A stretch of 64,000 bases of DNA. Source: Prevotella sp. GTDB lineage: Bacteria > Bacteroidota > Bacteroidia > Bacteroidales > Bacteroidaceae. Position numbers and translations under genes: made by a program. Of this stretch, positions 19,158-29,539 are shown piece by piece. Location: the NCBI GenBank assembly GCA_017476785.1, contig JAFUZD010000069.1, positions 2,028-66,027 on the forward strand, written 5' to 3'. Under the pieces are notes generated by a model. That model worked only from the letters and a program-made list of their open reading frames with translations. It was not told the DNA's origin and searched no databases. The stretch's first letter is position 1, and every line of letters starts with the position of its first letter.

Positions 19158-20174
19158 TTATTCGGTGAACAGTAGCTGAACCAGTGTCTGTCCCACGGCA
19201 CGCAGGGTGTTGCGGTCGATGTGCTGCATATCGTCGCTGACGGTATGCCACGTGGGGCCGAAGGAGCTCTGCTGACAGTCGGGGTAGTGGTTGATGATGT
19301 CGACGGTGGGAATCTGTGCCGTCTGGTTCAGTGGCACGTGGTCGTCGGTGATGTAGCCGCCCGTCTGGTTGGGGAAGAGCGAGCCGTAGCCTGCCGTCTG
19401 CGCGGCGCGCCAGATGCGGTCGACGATGGCGGCGGCATACTGGACGGAGAACCCCTCCCGATAGAAGTGTGCCCCCTGACCGCCCACCATATCCAGCAGA
19501 ATGGCGTAGTCGTAGCGGCCGTCGCGCTGCGGGTCGTAGTGGGTGGCCCAGTGCTGTGCCCCCAGTGCCCACGTGTTGCCGTCGTCCTGAATGTCGCTCC
19601 ACTGTGGTGTCCCCCAGTCTTCAGCATCGAAGCAGAGGAAGTCCACCGCGACGTTCAGTGAGTCGTGCTGCTGGATGAGCCGTGCCAGTTCCAACATCAC
19701 GGCCACGCCGCTGGCTCCGTCGTTGGCAGCCATTACGGGCTGATGCCAGTTTGCCTCGTCGGGGTCGTTATCGGCCCACGGGCGCGAGTCCCAGTGTGCA
19801 CAGACGAGGATGCGGCGGCCAGCCTGCGGGATGCTGTCAGCGTGGCGGGCAATGAGGTTGGTGGCTCGCAGGGGCGTGCCGTCATAGCCCGTCAGCGTGG
19901 CCTGCTGCTTGCTGACGCTGTAACCGTACTGCTCGAACTGTCGCCCAATCCACGCGCCGCACTGCTCGTGGGCCTCGCTGTTCATCACGCGCGGCCCGAA
20001 CTGGCACTGTGCCGCGCAGAACGCGTAGGCCGAGTCGGCATTGAACTCAATCTCCACGGCTTTCGTCTCGGCCGTGGCGTTTGTCTTCTTCGGTGTGCTG
20101 CACGATGCGGCGAAAAGCAAGACCGTGCAAAGATAAAATGATGCGGTGGCTATACGCCCGATATGGATTCTCAT
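19158..20174 (-). CDS. M28 peptidase / glutaminyl cyclase-like lipoprotein
   Basis: AHWDSRP, ANDGASGVAV, FDAEDWG, LLDMVG, DDH, WHT; AASC lipobox. Confidence 0.88.
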   Translation of the reverse strand: MRIHIGRIATASFYLCTVLLFAASCSTPKKTNATAETKAVEIEFNADSAYAFCAAQCQFGPRVMNSEAHEQCGAWIGRQFEQYGYSVSKQQATLTGYDGTPLRATNLIARHADSIPQAGRRILVCAHWDSRPWADNDPDEANWHQPVMAANDGASGVAVMLELARLIQQHDSLNVAVDFLCFDAEDWGTPQWSDIQDDGNTWALGAQHWATHYDPQRDGRYDYAILLDMVGGQGAHFYREGFSVQYAAAIVDRIWRAAQTAGYGSLFPNQTGGYITDDHVPLNQTAQIPTVDIINHYPDCQQSSFGPTWHTVSDDMQHIDRNTLRAVGQTLVQLLFTE

Positions 20175-20241
20175 CGTCTTTCTGATTATTTAATGTTCAA
20201 CATTCCCCTCAGCCTTACCGTCAGGCTCCGCCAAGGATTTC

Positions 20242-22032
20242 CTATCCCTCCCTTACGCTCTGCACTTGCGACATTACGCGCAGGAAGTTGCCGCCCCATA
20301 TCTTCTGGATGTCGCGCTCCGAGTAGCGGCGCATCATCAACTGGCGGGTGAAGTTGATGAGTTCCGAAGAGTCTGCCAGTCCACGTATACCGCCGTCGCC
20401 GTCGAAGTCGGTACCCAGTCCCACGTGGTCGATGCCCATCGTGCGAATGGCGTGTTCCAGATGTGCCATCGCGTCGCGGATGGTCGCCTCGCCTTCGGTA
20501 CGCAGGAATCCGCTGTAAAGTGTCACCTGCATCACGCCGCCTTTGGCCGCCAGTGCACGCATCTGCTCGTCGGTCAGGTTGCGCGGGTGGTCGCACAGGG
20601 CGCGACAGCTGCTGTGGCTGCATACGATGGGCAGCTGGCTGATGTCCAGTGCATCGTAGAAACTCTTCTCGGCAGCGTGGCTCAGGTCGACAATGAGGCC
20701 CAGCCGGTTCATCTCTCGGACAACCTGTTCGCCGAATCGGCTGATGCCATTGTGCGTGGTACAGCCGCGTGCCGAGTCGCACAGGTCGTTGTCGCCGTTG
20801 TGGCAGAGGGTGATGTACACCACGCCGCGCTGGGCAAAGTGCTTCACGTTCTGCAGCTGTCCGTTGAGAGCCAGCCCGTTCTCGATGCCCAGCATTATCG
20901 ACTTGCGTCCGTGCCGCTTGTCGCCGTAGAGGTCGGCTGGCGTGCGGGCAATGCTCAGATAGTCTTTGTGGCGGTCTACGATGGCTTCTATCTTGTCGAA
21001 GATCAGGTCAGCATACTCCGTTGGGCCGGCTACGTTGAGGTCGACCTTCGACGAGAATGTCTCTCCTATCTTGGGTTGTGGCAGGTAGGCCACCATTATC
21101 GTTGCGTCCTGCCGCCCTTCGGTCATCTTGTGCAGGTCTACCAGAATCTTCGGGTCGCGACTGCCGAAGTCGATACCCTTTGGGAAGAGCATCGGGGTGT
21201 CGCAGTGGGTGTCGAGCGTCAGGATGCGGTCGTGCAGGCGCTGAGCCCGCTGATAGTGGGCCGCCTGCGCCACCAGCCACTGGAACAGCGGCAGGCCAGC
21301 GTCGTCGCCAAGACATTCGGGGTGCCACTGCACGCCAATGATTGACTTGAACTCGCGGCTCTCTATGGCCTCGATAATGCCGTCGGTGGCACGTGCCGTG
21401 ACGCGGAAGCGGCTGCCGGGATCGCTGACGGCCTGATGATGGAACGAGTTGACGAAGAGGCGGCCGCCCGCAGCGTCTATCTGGTCCTTATATATATAAT
21501 ATAAGGTGGAGTCGCGCTCCACGGTGACGGTGTGGGTAGGCTCCGCGCGGTCGGCATCCTGTGAGTGCTTGATGCCTATGCCACGCCGCTCGGTGAGGCT
21601 TAGGTCCTGTGCCACCTTTCCGTCGAGTGCCATTGCCAGCGTCTGTATGCCGCGGCAGATGCCGAGCATCGGAATCTGCCGGTTGTAGGCCAGCCGTGTG
21701 ATGAGCAACTCGGGTAGGTCGCGCTCGCTGTTGATGTTCCCCAGCTTGGCCGACGGCTCCTCGCCGCAGTAGAGCGGGTTGTAGTCGGCTCCGCCGCTGA
21801 GCAGCAGGCCGTCAATGCGCTGCAACGTGTTGACGATGACCTCGGTATCGGCGGTCGGTGGGATGATGACGGGCACGCCGCCCGCGCGCACCACCGACTT
21901 ATAGTAGCCCTCGGCCAGCTTGGCCGACTGCTCGGCATAGTTGCCCGTGATGCCAATGACGGGCTTCTGCTGCGCTTTGGGGAATGTGGCGTAGACATCG
22001 GATAACCGTGCCTGCCAGTCGTATCTGTTCAT
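20242..22032 (-). CDS. Fusion of C26 gamma-glutamyl hydrolase (GATase) and M19 membrane dipeptidase
   Basis: LGICRGIQ, NSFHHQA, GVQWHPE, followed by DTHCD, GIENG, DLSH, SHS, GTDFDG. Confidence 0.9.
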   Translation of the reverse strand: MNRYDWQARLSDVYATFPKAQQKPVIGITGNYAEQSAKLAEGYYKSVVRAGGVPVIIPPTADTEVIVNTLQRIDGLLLSGGADYNPLYCGEEPSAKLGNINSERDLPELLITRLAYNRQIPMLGICRGIQTLAMALDGKVAQDLSLTERRGIGIKHSQDADRAEPTHTVTVERDSTLYYIYKDQIDAAGGRLFVNSFHHQAVSDPGSRFRVTARATDGIIEAIESREFKSIIGVQWHPECLGDDAGLPLFQWLVAQAAHYQRAQRLHDRILTLDTHCDTPMLFPKGIDFGSRDPKILVDLHKMTEGRQDATIMVAYLPQPKIGETFSSKVDLNVAGPTEYADLIFDKIEAIVDRHKDYLSIARTPADLYGDKRHGRKSIMLGIENGLALNGQLQNVKHFAQRGVVYITLCHNGDNDLCDSARGCTTHNGISRFGEQVVREMNRLGLIVDLSHAAEKSFYDALDISQLPIVCSHSSCRALCDHPRNLTDEQMRALAAKGGVMQVTLYSGFLRTEGEATIRDAMAHLEHAIRTMGIDHVGLGTDFDGDGGIRGLADSSELINFTRQLMMRRYSERDIQKIWGGNFLRVMSQVQSVREG

Positions 22033-22046
22033 TGGATGAGGGGAGA

Positions 22047-22508
22047 TTAGTCTATTTGTACTGGAATCTCGCGCTTGATGCTCTGCTCGAGCGAGATGAG
22101 CGTCTCGGTGGCCACCACGCCGGGAATCTCTTGCAGGCGGCCGTTGAGCAGATGCATCAGCTGCTCGTTGTCGCGGGCGTAGAGCTTTACCAGCATCGCG
22201 TAGGGGCCGGTGGTGAAGTGGCACTCCACGATTTCCGGGATGTGCTGCAGACGCTCCACTACGTCCTTGTACATCGAGCCACGCTCCAGCGTGATGCCCA
22301 CGTAGGTACAGGTGGAGTAGCCGAGGCTCTTGGGGTTCACGTCGAATCCGCTGCCCATAATCACCTCACCGTCAATCAGGTGCTGCACGCGTTGGTGGAT
22401 GGCTGCGCGCGACACGTTGCACTCGGCTGCCACATCCTTAAACGGGATGCGCGCATTCTTTGACAGAATGCTGAGAATCTTCTTGTCCAGATTGTCTATC
22501 TTGTCCAT
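22047..22508 (-). CDS. Lrp/AsnC transcriptional regulator
   Basis: IDNLDKKIL..L.KNARIPF..VA HTH; VECHFTTGPY. Confidence 0.92.
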   Translation of the reverse strand: MDKIDNLDKKILSILSKNARIPFKDVAAECNVSRAAIHQRVQHLIDGEVIMGSGFDVNPKSLGYSTCTYVGITLERGSMYKDVVERLQHIPEIVECHFTTGPYAMLVKLYARDNEQLMHLLNGRLQEIPGVVATETLISLEQSIKREIPVQID

Positions 22509-22610
22509 TCTGAAATATTGTTGGTTGTTCGTGTTACAAAAGGTAAGCAAAAGTAAGCATTTTTGTTGAAACAAGCAACATTTTGCAACGAAAAATGTGC
22601 ATATTCAAGC

Positions 22611-22643
22611 AAAAAGGCGACAGAAGTGATTCTGTCGCCTTTT
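22611..22643. terminator. Terminator downstream of the FKBP operon
   Basis: aaaaaggcgacagaa gtga ttctgtcgcctttt. Confidence 0.82.
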
Positions 22644-22698
22644 GGTGTCGTTGCCCTGCGGGGCTTCCGCTGTTGCAGTTTCAGCTTAAACAGTGCTC

Positions 22699-23718
22699 TT
22701 ATTTCTTAGCCGTTCGCTTCAGCTTAGTAGACTTCACGGGAGCCGGCTTGGCCGGTTTGGCTGGAGCGGCCTGCTGGGCGGATGCTTCCTGTGCCTGTCC
22801 GTCGGCCTGCGCATTCCCGATGCCTACCAGCTCCACGTCAAAGATGAGGGTGCTGTAAGGCGGAATCTTGCCGGCAGCGCGCTTTCCGTAGGCCAGCTCC
22901 TGCGGGATGTAGAGCTGCCACTTGCTGCCCACGGGCATCATTGTCAGTGCCTCGGTCCATCCCTTAATCACTTGAGTGGGACGGAAGGTGGCTGGCTTGC
23001 CGCCATCCGAGCGATGGGAGTCGAACACAGTACCGTCGATGAGGCGTCCTTCATAATAGACCTGTACCTCATCCGTCTTCTTCGGAATGGGGCCATTGCC
23101 CTTTACCAGTACCTTATACTGCAGCTTGCTCGGCAGCGTCACCACGCTGTCGCGACGGGCATTCTGGCGCAGAAACTCCTGTCCGGCGCGCTTGTTGGCA
23201 CCATAGAGCTTCTCTTCGCGTATCTGCCGGTTCTCCTCGCCGCGCTGGCGGAAGAACTTGTTGGCTGCGGTGTTGTTCTTGAACACCGTCGTATCGCCGC
23301 TGATGCCGTCGGCAAATCCGCGCTCTACCAGTGTGGCCACGATGGTGTCGGGCGTGTCGGTGAAGTCGCGGCGCATCTTGTCAACGGTTGGACCGCTAAT
23401 CTGGTTGGCGGCACTGAGGCCTGCGGCATAGGCGCGGAACTTCGGGTCGTCTTTCTGGGCGAGGAAGTCGTTGTAGCCGCGCAGCACATCGTTGTAGTAG
23501 GCCGTGTCCACCTTCTCCACTTGCTGCAGATACTGCAGAAAGTTGGGTGCGATGGTCATTCCGGCCGCATAGCTCAGTGAGTCAGAGCTGTTCAGCAGCT
23601 TTACGGGCACGACGGCAACCGGTGTGGCCTTCTTCTTGTCTTTCTTTTTCTTGGCCTCGGCCGTATTGAAAGCGGCACCCGTCAGGATGACGAGTGCCAG
23701 CAGAATCAGTTTCTTCAT
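22699..23718 (-). CDS. FKBP-type PPIase (Mip-like, secreted)
   Basis: YEGRLIDGTVFDS, VIKGWTEAL, IPQELAYG, IPPYSTLIFDVEL. Confidence 0.93.
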   Translation of the reverse strand: MKKLILLALVILTGAAFNTAEAKKKKDKKKATPVAVVPVKLLNSSDSLSYAAGMTIAPNFLQYLQQVEKVDTAYYNDVLRGYNDFLAQKDDPKFRAYAAGLSAANQISGPTVDKMRRDFTDTPDTIVATLVERGFADGISGDTTVFKNNTAANKFFRQRGEENRQIREEKLYGANKRAGQEFLRQNARRDSVVTLPSKLQYKVLVKGNGPIPKKTDEVQVYYEGRLIDGTVFDSHRSDGGKPATFRPTQVIKGWTEALTMMPVGSKWQLYIPQELAYGKRAAGKIPPYSTLIFDVELVGIGNAQADGQAQEASAQQAAPAKPAKPAPVKSTKLKRTAKK

Positions 23719-24632
23719 TTCTTCTTCGGGTTAACCTCCAGCAGTTCAATCTTGAAAATCAGGGTCGAGAAAGGCTTGATGGCACCCTGCTCGCGCTCGC
23801 CGTAGGCCAGCTCCTGCGGGATGTAGACCTCCCACTCCGAGCCTGTGGGCATATGAACCAGTGCATTGGTCCAGCCGGCAATCACCTGATTGGCGCGGAA
23901 GTCAGCGGGCTTACCGCGCTTGTAGGAGCTGTCGAACACGTTGCCGTCGATGGTTCTGCCCTCGTAGTTGACGCGGACGAGCGATGTGTCGGCGGGGATG
24001 GCACCCGTACCTTCCTTAATCACCTTATACTGGATGAACGACTTGACCGTCGAACCGTCAGGCCGCTTCACCTCTACGGGCAGGGTCTTCACGCCCTCAG
24101 CCTTTGCATTCTTGGCGAGGAACTGCTCGCCGGCCTTCTTGTTGGGACCGTAGGTCTTCTCCATCGAACGCGTCTTGATGTCGCGCATCAGCTGTTGAGC
24201 CACCTGCTGGGCCGAGTCCTGTGTCATCAGTCCGCCCTTACCCGTGGTGCCGCTGATAAATCCTGCCATAAAGTTCTTCAGCGAGATGGTCTGCGTAGAG
24301 TCATCACCGAAGAGCTCGTGGTTGATTCCCTTTACCATCTGGTTGGAAATCTGCTGACCAATCTGAATACCGGCATAGTAGGCGGCCTTCTTCTTGTCGT
24401 CGCCTGCATTGGCACCCTCGTTCATACCTTTGATAAAGTCGTCGATATAGGCGGTGTCTACGCCCATACGGCCTACGAGATATTCTTTCAGACCCTGCGA
24501 CTGAGCCATACCGATGGTGTAGCTCAGCGTGTCTACGTCGCTCTTAAGGTCGGCCTTAGGAGTCGAGTTGCCGCACGAGTAAAGGCTGGCGGCAGCGACA
24601 GCAACGATTGCTGCTAATGTAAATTTCTTCAT
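23715..24632 (-). CDS. FKBP-type PPIase lipoprotein
   Basis: YSC lipobox; YEGRTIDGNVFDSS, VIAGWT, IKPFSTLIFKIEL. Confidence 0.93.
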   Translation of the reverse strand: MKKFTLAAIVAVAAASLYSCGNSTPKADLKSDVDTLSYTIGMAQSQGLKEYLVGRMGVDTAYIDDFIKGMNEGANAGDDKKKAAYYAGIQIGQQISNQMVKGINHELFGDDSTQTISLKNFMAGFISGTTGKGGLMTQDSAQQVAQQLMRDIKTRSMEKTYGPNKKAGEQFLAKNAKAEGVKTLPVEVKRPDGSTVKSFIQYKVIKEGTGAIPADTSLVRVNYEGRTIDGNVFDSSYKRGKPADFRANQVIAGWTNALVHMPTGSEWEVYIPQELAYGEREQGAIKPFSTLIFKIELLEVNPKKK

Positions 24633-24674
24633 TGTTGTTGTGTGATTGATATTTTTTTTGAGTTTTTTTCTTTT

Positions 24675-24716
24675 TCTCGGAGGTCTCGGAGTTCTCGGAG
24701 GTCTCGGAGTTCTCAG
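24675..24716. repeat. 9-bp tandem repeat (tctcggag[g/t]) x ~4.5
   Basis: tctcggaggtctcggagttctcggaggtctcggagttctcag, running into the FKBP stop codon. Confidence 0.85.
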
Positions 24717-25318
24717 ATAACCTGAATCAGCTCCACGTCAAAGATGAGGGCTGCATAGGGTGGGATAGAAGCGCCGGCACCTCCCTCGCCGTAAGCCAGC
24801 CGGTAGGGGATGAAGAAACGGTACTTGGCACCTTCCTGCATCAGCTGCAGACCCTCGGTCCATCCGGCGATGACCTGCTGCAGGCCGAATACGGCGGGCT
24901 CGCCGCGCTGCACGCTCGAGTCGAATACGGTGCCGTCGATGAGGAATCCCTCGTAGTGGCACTTCACCTGATCCTTTGCCGTGGGGCGCTTGCCGTTGCC
25001 TTCCTGCAGCACTTGATACTGCAGTCCGCTGGGCAGCGTCACTACGCCGTCTTTCTTGGCATTCTCAGCCAGATATTGCTCGCCAGCTTCCTTATGCACT
25101 TTCCCCTGTGCGGCGCGCTCTTTGTTGATTTTCTCCTCTTGTGCAGCAAAGTAGTCCTGCACAATCTGCTGTGCTTCGCGGTTCGAAACCTTCAGGTCGT
25201 TGCCGGCAATCACATCCTTAATGGCTGCGGCAAAGTCGTCGATGTTCAGTTCCGTCGCTCCCATCTGTGCCAGTTGGCGGCCGATGCCCAAGCCCAGCGA
25301 ATAGCTCACTTTATCCAT
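24713..25318 (-). CDS. FKBP-type PPIase (FklB-like)
   Basis: DKVSYSLG, TLPSGLQY, HYEGFLIDGTVFDSS, IPPYAALIFDVEL. Confidence 0.94.
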   Translation of the reverse strand: MDKVSYSLGLGIGRQLAQMGATELNIDDFAAAIKDVIAGNDLKVSNREAQQIVQDYFAAQEEKINKERAAQGKVHKEAGEQYLAENAKKDGVVTLPSGLQYQVLQEGNGKRPTAKDQVKCHYEGFLIDGTVFDSSVQRGEPAVFGLQQVIAGWTEGLQLMQEGAKYRFFIPYRLAYGEGGAGASIPPYAALIFDVELIQVI

Positions 25319-25443
25319 ATTCTTATACCTTATTAATAATGATAATCTTAAAAAACGGCGCAAAGTTACGCATTTTATCTGATTTCGGAACTATATTTGG
25401 CGAAAAATTGCTATTTTTGTACATTCTTAATATTTGACTGCCT

Positions 25444-26139
25444 ATGAAGAAGATTGTAGTATTGACCGGAGCCGGGATGTCGGTGGAGAGTGGGCTGAAG
25501 ACCTTTCGCGATGCCGACGGCCTGTGGGAGGAGTATCCCGTCAGTCAGGTGGCCACGCACGAGGGGTGGGAAGCCGACCCTACGCTGGTGACCAATTTCT
25601 ATAATATGCTGCGCCGCAAGTGTGTGGGTACGCAGCCCAACGAAGGCCATCGGCTGGTGGCGAAGCTGGAAGAGCAGTACGACGTGACGGTGGTGACGCA
25701 GAATGTGGACAACCTGCACGAGGCGGCTGGCTCTACCAACGTCATCCATCTGCACGGCGAGCTGATGAAGGTGTGCTCCAGCCGCGACGTGGACAATCCA
25801 CGCTATCACCAGCTGCTGACGGCCGACAACTGCGAGGTGGAGCCCGGCACGCTGGCCGGCGACGGTTCGCTGCTGCGACCCTTCATCGTGTTCTTCGGCG
25901 AGGGAGTGCCGATGATTGTGCCTGCGGCCGAGGCGGCTCAGCAGGCCGACATCTTCATCATCATCGGTACCAGTCTCAATGTCTATCCCGCTGCCGGGTT
26001 GGTGCAGTATGTGCGCCCCGGCGTTCCCGTCTATCTCATTGACCCTAACCCCGTCTCGGCTGGCAGCCGAGCCATTACGCAGATTCAGAAAGGGGCCTCG
26101 GAAGGGATGCGCGAGCTCTCCGCCATCCTGATGAAATAG
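25444..26139 (+). CDS. cobB: NAD-dependent deacylase (sirtuin)
   Basis: LTGAGMSVESGLKTFRD, TQNVDNLHE, HLHG, RPFIVFFGE, GTSLNVYPAAG. Confidence 0.93.
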   Translation: MKKIVVLTGAGMSVESGLKTFRDADGLWEEYPVSQVATHEGWEADPTLVTNFYNMLRRKCVGTQPNEGHRLVAKLEEQYDVTVVTQNVDNLHEAAGSTNVIHLHGELMKVCSSRDVDNPRYHQLLTADNCEVEPGTLAGDGSLLRPFIVFFGEGVPMIVPAAEAAQQADIFIIIGTSLNVYPAAGLVQYVRPGVPVYLIDPNPVSAGSRAITQIQKGASEGMRELSAILMK

Positions 26140-26177
26140 GCCGAAGGTAATGGAGTCCCAAACAGAGTGATGACCCA

Positions 26178-27347
26178 ATGACAGAAGCAGAAGTGAAGAA
26201 ACTGCCCATCGGGATGGATGCCAAGCGCATCGTGCGCAATGCGACGGGGCTTGGCAGCTATGGGCGCACGCTGGTGAACGACCTGACGCGCTGTACCGCT
26301 GAAACCGACATTGCGCTGCGCCTCTATGCCCCCGACGAGGGACGGGCCGACTTGCGCGGCCAGATAGCAGGCGGCGATGCAATGTTCTGCTATCCTGCAC
26401 CGGCATCGTGGTATCGCCGTGTGCCGGGTGGGCGGGCACTGTGGCGCTCGCACGGCATCGTTGCCGACCTGCAGCGCGACGGCGTGCAGCTGTTCCACGG
26501 CCTGTCAGGCGAGCTGCCCATCGGTCTGCGGCGGGCTGGCATACGCGGTGTCGTCACCATCCACGACCTCATCTTCCTGCGCCATCCCGAGTATTACCAC
26601 TGGCTGGATGCCAAGATTTATGCGTGGAAGTTTCGCCAGACGCTGTGCGAGGCCGACCGCATCATTGCCATCAGCGAGTGTACCAAGCGCGACATTATAG
26701 AGTTGGGTGGGGTCGACGCGTCGAAAGTCAGCGTCGTCTACCAGAGCTTTGCCCCGCGTTTCGCCCAGCAGCCCACCGCCAGTGAGCTGGCCTATGCCCG
26801 GAAGGAGTGGGCCCTGCCGTCGCGCTACATTCTCAGCGTGGGCACTATCGAGGAACGCAAAAATCTGCTGTTGGCCGTCCGCGCGCTGCCCTACTTGCCT
26901 GAGCGCGTGAGTCTCGTGGCTGTAGGCCGGCGCACTGACTATGCCGCACGCATTGAGGCCGAGGCGCAACGGTTGGGCGTGAGCCCGCGTGTCCGCTTGC
27001 TGAGTGGGGTTGACGACGCCGTGCTGCCCGCTATCTATGCGCAGGCCGAGGCCTTTGTCTATCCCAGCCGTTACGAGGGGTTTGGCATTCCTGTTATTGA
27101 GGCCATCGCCGCGGGACTGCCCGTGGTGGCTTGTACGGGCTCGTGCTTGGAGGAGGCCGGCGGTCCCGACAGCCTTTATGTCGACCCCGACGATGCCGAG
27201 GCACTGGCAGCTGCCGTAGTACAGTCGCTGGGGGACGTCGCTGGTCGCGAGGAGCGCATCCGCCGCAGCCAGCAGTATGTCCGTCGCTTTATGGGCACCG
27301 ACGTGGCTCGGCAGGTGCTGGCCATCTACAAAGAATTGTTGCCATAG
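26178..27347 (+). CDS. GT4 glycosyltransferase
   Basis: VVTIHDL, VGTIEERKN, YPSRYEGFGIPVIEA. Confidence 0.9.
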   Translation: MTEAEVKKLPIGMDAKRIVRNATGLGSYGRTLVNDLTRCTAETDIALRLYAPDEGRADLRGQIAGGDAMFCYPAPASWYRRVPGGRALWRSHGIVADLQRDGVQLFHGLSGELPIGLRRAGIRGVVTIHDLIFLRHPEYYHWLDAKIYAWKFRQTLCEADRIIAISECTKRDIIELGGVDASKVSVVYQSFAPRFAQQPTASELAYARKEWALPSRYILSVGTIEERKNLLLAVRALPYLPERVSLVAVGRRTDYAARIEAEAQRLGVSPRVRLLSGVDDAVLPAIYAQAEAFVYPSRYEGFGIPVIEAIAAGLPVVACTGSCLEEAGGPDSLYVDPDDAEALAAAVVQSLGDVAGREERIRRSQQYVRRFMGTDVARQVLAIYKELLP

Positions 27348-27395
27348 TGGGGTTGGGGGCTCTCAGCGCTGTCCCAACGCCTCGGAAGAAAATCA

Positions 27396-29423
27396 TCAGA
27401 ATCTTATTCTCAGCTGTACGTCGACATCGCACGCCGACGAGCCGTCGATGCGTTGCAGTCCGGACGAGATGGCATCGCGGTCAAAGTAGTCGGTGATGCC
27501 CACCTTCGCGGTGACCATAGCCCAGCGGCCGATGTCGGCGCGCAGCAGCAGGGCGTAGCGGATGCCCTCGCCGTAGTACATCGGGAACGAGAAGTTGTAG
27601 AGCACCGTAGGCTCGTACTGGTAGATGCGCGTCTCGTAGCTGTCGGTGTGGAAGTAGCCTACCGTTCCGCTTCCCCGCAGCCAGCGTCCCCGCCACTCGC
27701 CCCGTGCCGACACCATCCAGCCGTGCTCCGACTGCCGGTAGTACGAGGCACTGCCGTCGGCCTGCATCCGCAGCAGCCACTGCGATGAGGCGGCATAGGT
27801 CGCACTGAGGCGGGCACGGTGCTCGGTGCGGTTGATGACGTAGACGTGCCGCTCGTCGTCGTGCTGTCGGATGTGCAGGCGGTAACGCCCGCCGAGCGTC
27901 CACCGCCCTGCCGCATATTGGGCAGCCAGCATCGTGTCGAAGGCATCGCTGGGCATCGAGATGCCATAGCGCAGGTAGGGGAAGTGGGCATAGTCGGCAT
28001 ACCATTGCAGCTGCCACGTGCGTCGCGGCTGCCACGTAGCCCCGACGTAGAGCCCGTGCTCATTGCTGACGCTGGTGTTCTCGCCGAAGCTCTGTCCCAG
28101 CAGTGCCGTGTAGCGTTTGTCGTAGTAGCGGTGGAGGACCATCAGGGAGAGCGTCTCCGTGGCCGTGAGGCTCGCACTGTGGATGGCGGCGATGGCGCCG
28201 TCGCGGTTGACGGCCGTTTCGCCGCTCAGTGCCCAGCGGTGGTCCACGTATCCATACGAGGCACTGACGTTGAGGAAGTGATTGCCCTCGGCTGCATAGC
28301 GGCGGTAGGGCGTGTTGGCCTTCTGTGGCTTCAGGTCACGGTCTTGGTACAGGTAAACGGCGTTGATGCCGGCGTTCCACCGTCCGCGCCGCCACGCCAG
28401 TGCCCCTCCTGCAGCCGTCTGGTGCGTGTTGTTCTTCTTCTCCATCTCTGTCGGCGTGCGGTGATAGCCGTCGGTCAGCAGGGTGCGTACGGTTCCGTCG
28501 TCGTTGAGGGTGGCGTCTACGGGGCGGTAAGAGGCAAAGGCCGTCAGTCGCCAGTGGTCGCTGAGGCGGACGATGGCGGCTGCTCCCTGCAGATAGCCTG
28601 CCGCCGAGCGCGACGAATGGGCGCGCAGGGCTGAGGTAGACCGTCCCAGCGATTGCAGCGTGGCCTGCTTGCCCAGCAGGAAGTGGGTGTTCAGCGTGAG
28701 CCCCATTCCCAGCTGCAGTCGGTACATCCCGAGGTTGAGTGCTTCCAGCCGTCCGACGTGACGCAGCTGTATGTAGTAGGAGTAGTGGTCGTAGCCCAGC
28801 CGGTTGCGCGACGTGAAAAAGGGCTCGCCAGCATCCTGTGAGCCCGTCAGGCCGAACCGCAGCCGGTCGGCATAGCTAAACTGGTATTTTACCCAGTGCT
28901 TGTATTTATAGCCCAGATAGCCGTTGTCGTCGCCGCGGCGGTTGTAGGCAGGGATGTGGCCCGTGGCGGTCAGCTCGCTGTGGCCGTAGCGGGCTATGTC
29001 TGCGGCACTTTGCCAGCGGCGCATCTCCGGTCCCTCACCCAGTGCGACGAAGTGTTCCAGCAGCAGGCGTCGCCGCGCATCGAGGGCCGTCACCATCTGC
29101 AACTCCCCCAGCGACTTCAGCGGGCCGTAGCGATAGACATATTCGACGATGCCCTCCACCTGCTGCGCCGTGAGAAACGGCAGCTGCTCCAGCTCCTCAC
29201 GTGTGATGCGGTTGATGTTCAGCGGCTGCGTCTCCAGTTCGCAGAGCAGGTCGTAAGCTTGTTCAACGGCCTCGTCGGTCACATCCTCGGCTCCCATCAC
29301 GTCGTAGAGTGCAGCCTCCCACGACCGCAGCTGCGCTTGTGCAGTGGCAGACGGTTGCAATAGCGGCAGGCAAAGCAGGGCAGCCAGCATCAAGCACCTC
29401 GGGAGCCGTATGTCTTTGTTCAT
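27396..29423 (-). CDS. Helix-hairpin-helix (ComEA-like) protein with a probable outer-membrane beta-barrel
   Basis: Signal peptide; PLNINRITREELEQLPFL HhH; alternating aromatic beta-strands; C-terminal ..LRIRF. Confidence 0.75.
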   Translation of the reverse strand: MNKDIRLPRCLMLAALLCLPLLQPSATAQAQLRSWEAALYDVMGAEDVTDEAVEQAYDLLCELETQPLNINRITREELEQLPFLTAQQVEGIVEYVYRYGPLKSLGELQMVTALDARRRLLLEHFVALGEGPEMRRWQSAADIARYGHSELTATGHIPAYNRRGDDNGYLGYKYKHWVKYQFSYADRLRFGLTGSQDAGEPFFTSRNRLGYDHYSYYIQLRHVGRLEALNLGMYRLQLGMGLTLNTHFLLGKQATLQSLGRSTSALRAHSSRSAAGYLQGAAAIVRLSDHWRLTAFASYRPVDATLNDDGTVRTLLTDGYHRTPTEMEKKNNTHQTAAGGALAWRRGRWNAGINAVYLYQDRDLKPQKANTPYRRYAAEGNHFLNVSASYGYVDHRWALSGETAVNRDGAIAAIHSASLTATETLSLMVLHRYYDKRYTALLGQSFGENTSVSNEHGLYVGATWQPRRTWQLQWYADYAHFPYLRYGISMPSDAFDTMLAAQYAAGRWTLGGRYRLHIRQHDDERHVYVINRTEHRARLSATYAASSQWLLRMQADGSASYYRQSEHGWMVSARGEWRGRWLRGSGTVGYFHTDSYETRIYQYEPTVLYNFSFPMYYGEGIRYALLLRADIGRWAMVTAKVGITDYFDRDAISSGLQRIDGSSACDVDVQLRIRF

Positions 29424-29539
29424 CGGGTTTTCCTTAGTATCTGTTCGATGGGCAAAGGTACGAAAAAGGGTTGACTTTGAAGAGTAAATTCAGAGAATTA
29501 ATGCAGGGAGCCCGTTAAAATTTAAGATGCCGCCCCTTA

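Noticed and set aside
20242-22032. C26-M19 peptidase fusion as a novelty
   Set aside because: To my knowledge this fusion is common in Bacteroidales
22699-25318. Three tandem FKBP genes
   Set aside because: FKBP clusters next to an Lrp/AsnC regulator are ordinary Bacteroidales synteny
25444-26139. Sirtuin as an anti-phage SIR2 effector
   Set aside because: Stand-alone CobB-type deacylase with canonical motifs in housekeeping context
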